Part shown: positions 63,272 to 64,000 of the stretch, in pieces
Numbering within the stretch: position 1 is the first letter of the stretch
Layout: each line of letters begins with the position of its first letter
Source: Candidatus Versatilivorator sp.
Lineage (GTDB): Bacteria > Acidobacteriota > Terriglobia > Versatilivoradales > Versatilivoraceae
NCBI GenBank assembly: GCA_965198125.1
Contig: CBDAOQ010000003.1
Span: 4,149,659-4,213,658 of the forward strand
Direction of reading: 5' to 3'
DNA: 64,000 nt
Translations under genes and position numbers: made by a program
The notes under the pieces: generated by a model
The model's input: the letters and a program-made list of their open reading frames with translations, nothing else
Database searches by the model: none
Told to the model about the DNA's origin: nothing

Positions 63272-64000
63272 ATGGTTTCAGAACATTTGTTGAGATGGCC
63301 CGATCTGGTGGCCATCGGCATCAACTTGAGCGCGATGGTGGCGATCGGCGTCTACACCGCCCGCCGGAACCGTTCCGCCGACGCTTATTTCCTGGCCAAT
63401 CGCAGCATGCCGGGCTGGATCGTCGGATTTTCACTGATGGCGACCATCATCAGCTCGATGACCTTCCTGGCCATCCCCGGCTTCACCTTTGAAAAGGACT
63501 GGCGTTACATGCCGGCCCACTTCTTCTACTTCATTCCGGCCATCGTCGCCTATTTCCTCTTCATGCCCTATTTCCGCCGGGGCCACGTGCGCTCGGCCTA
63601 CGAGTACCTGGAACAGCGGTTCGGCACCTGGGCCCGGTTGTATGCCGCCGCCGGCTTTCTGGTGTTTCAAATGTTTCGCACCGGTGTGATTCTCTACGCC
63701 GTGTGTCTGCCCTTTGGGCCCATGACCGGCCTTCCCTTGGGTTGGGTCATCCTGGTGCTGGGCATTCTGGTGGCCGCCTACACCATCGCCGGCGGCCTGG
63801 AAGCTGTCATCTACACCGACCTGCTTCAGGGCCTGGCCCTGATTGCCGGTGGACTCATCTGCATTCCGCTGGCTGTCGATCTCATTCCGGGTGGGCTGTC
63901 CCAGGTCTTTGCAGAAGCGGTAGCCGACGGAAAATTCGCAGTCGGCAGCACGGGCTGGTCCTGGGACGATCAAACCGTCTGGGTGCTCATCCTGGTTTAC
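63272..64000 (+). CDS. sodium:solute symporter (SSS) family transporter, 5' part (runs off the right edge)
   Basis: Absent from the ORF track because it has no stop. From ATG 63272: MVSEHLLRWPDLVAIGINLSAMVAIGVYTARRNRSADAYFLANRSMPGWIVGFSLMATIISSMTFLAIPG..AYEYLEQRFG. Confidence 0.8.
   Translation, partial: MVSEHLLRWPDLVAIGINLSAMVAIGVYTARRNRSADAYFLANRSMPGWIVGFSLMATIISSMTFLAIPGFTFEKDWRYMPAHFFYFIPAIVAYFLFMPYFRRGHVRSAYEYLEQRFGTWARLYAAAGFLVFQMFRTGVILYAVCLPFGPMTGLPLGWVILVLGILVAAYTIAGGLEAVIYTDLLQGLALIAGGLICIPLAVDLIPGGLSQVFAEAVADGKFAVGSTGWSWDDQTVWVLILVY

Noticed and set aside
1-64000. tRNA, rRNA, tmRNA, RNase P or SRP genes.
   Set aside because: I scanned the intergenic gaps by eye for T-loop (GGTTCGAAT/GTTCRANYC) contexts and rRNA-like conserved blocks and found none. 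A tRNAscan/Infernal run is still needed to exclude small RNAs.

Overview
High-GC (about 60% by eye) bacterial chromosomal segment. The gene content (Tex, LamG and PQQ-propeller exoproteins, DUF1844, an NfeD-stomatin pair, GxxExxY-type debris) suggests an Acidobacteriota-like or PVC-like soil bacterium; this is inference only. I call 41 protein-coding genes, two of them partial at the window edges. Other calls are a type I R-M hsdM remnant and three sigma70-like promoters, one with a palindromic operator. There is one VapBC-type toxin-antitoxin pair. Two complete insertion sequences have intact target-site duplications: a 2065-bp ISAs1-type element whose transposase carries an N-terminal DUF4338 (DruA-like) domain, and a 1964-bp IS1634-type element whose transposase is frameshifted. 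Both sit exactly at the 3' ends of resident genes. Metabolic themes are nadA, thrC, sulfite reduction, a sugar-acid module (YjhG/YagF-type dehydratase + KDPG-type aldolase + PfkB kinase) and a hydroxyproline/proline module. I recognised no rRNA, tRNA or CRISPR array. The most unusual property is non-coding. Most of the longer intergenic gaps (roughly 5-6 kb in total, including a 1.7-kb gene-free stretch at 4007-5725) are largely assembled from a small vocabulary of repeat modules, which I label A-H. Families A and B are TIR-bounded, MITE-like elements. Their interiors are progressively truncated N-terminal fragments of a GxxExxY-type (PD-(D/E)XK) small ORF, so GxxExxY genes may be cargo of a mobile cassette in this lineage. 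Family C is a 243-bp element with a long internal hairpin; one of its terminal motifs supplies the lnt start codon. Family D is a GC hairpin plus a conserved GGATCATxCGAGAGTGAAACA tail and shows a compensatory base-pair change between copies. Repeats have also rewritten the 3' end of the epimerase gene. All homology statements come from reading the translations and from memory of family motifs; no database search was run.
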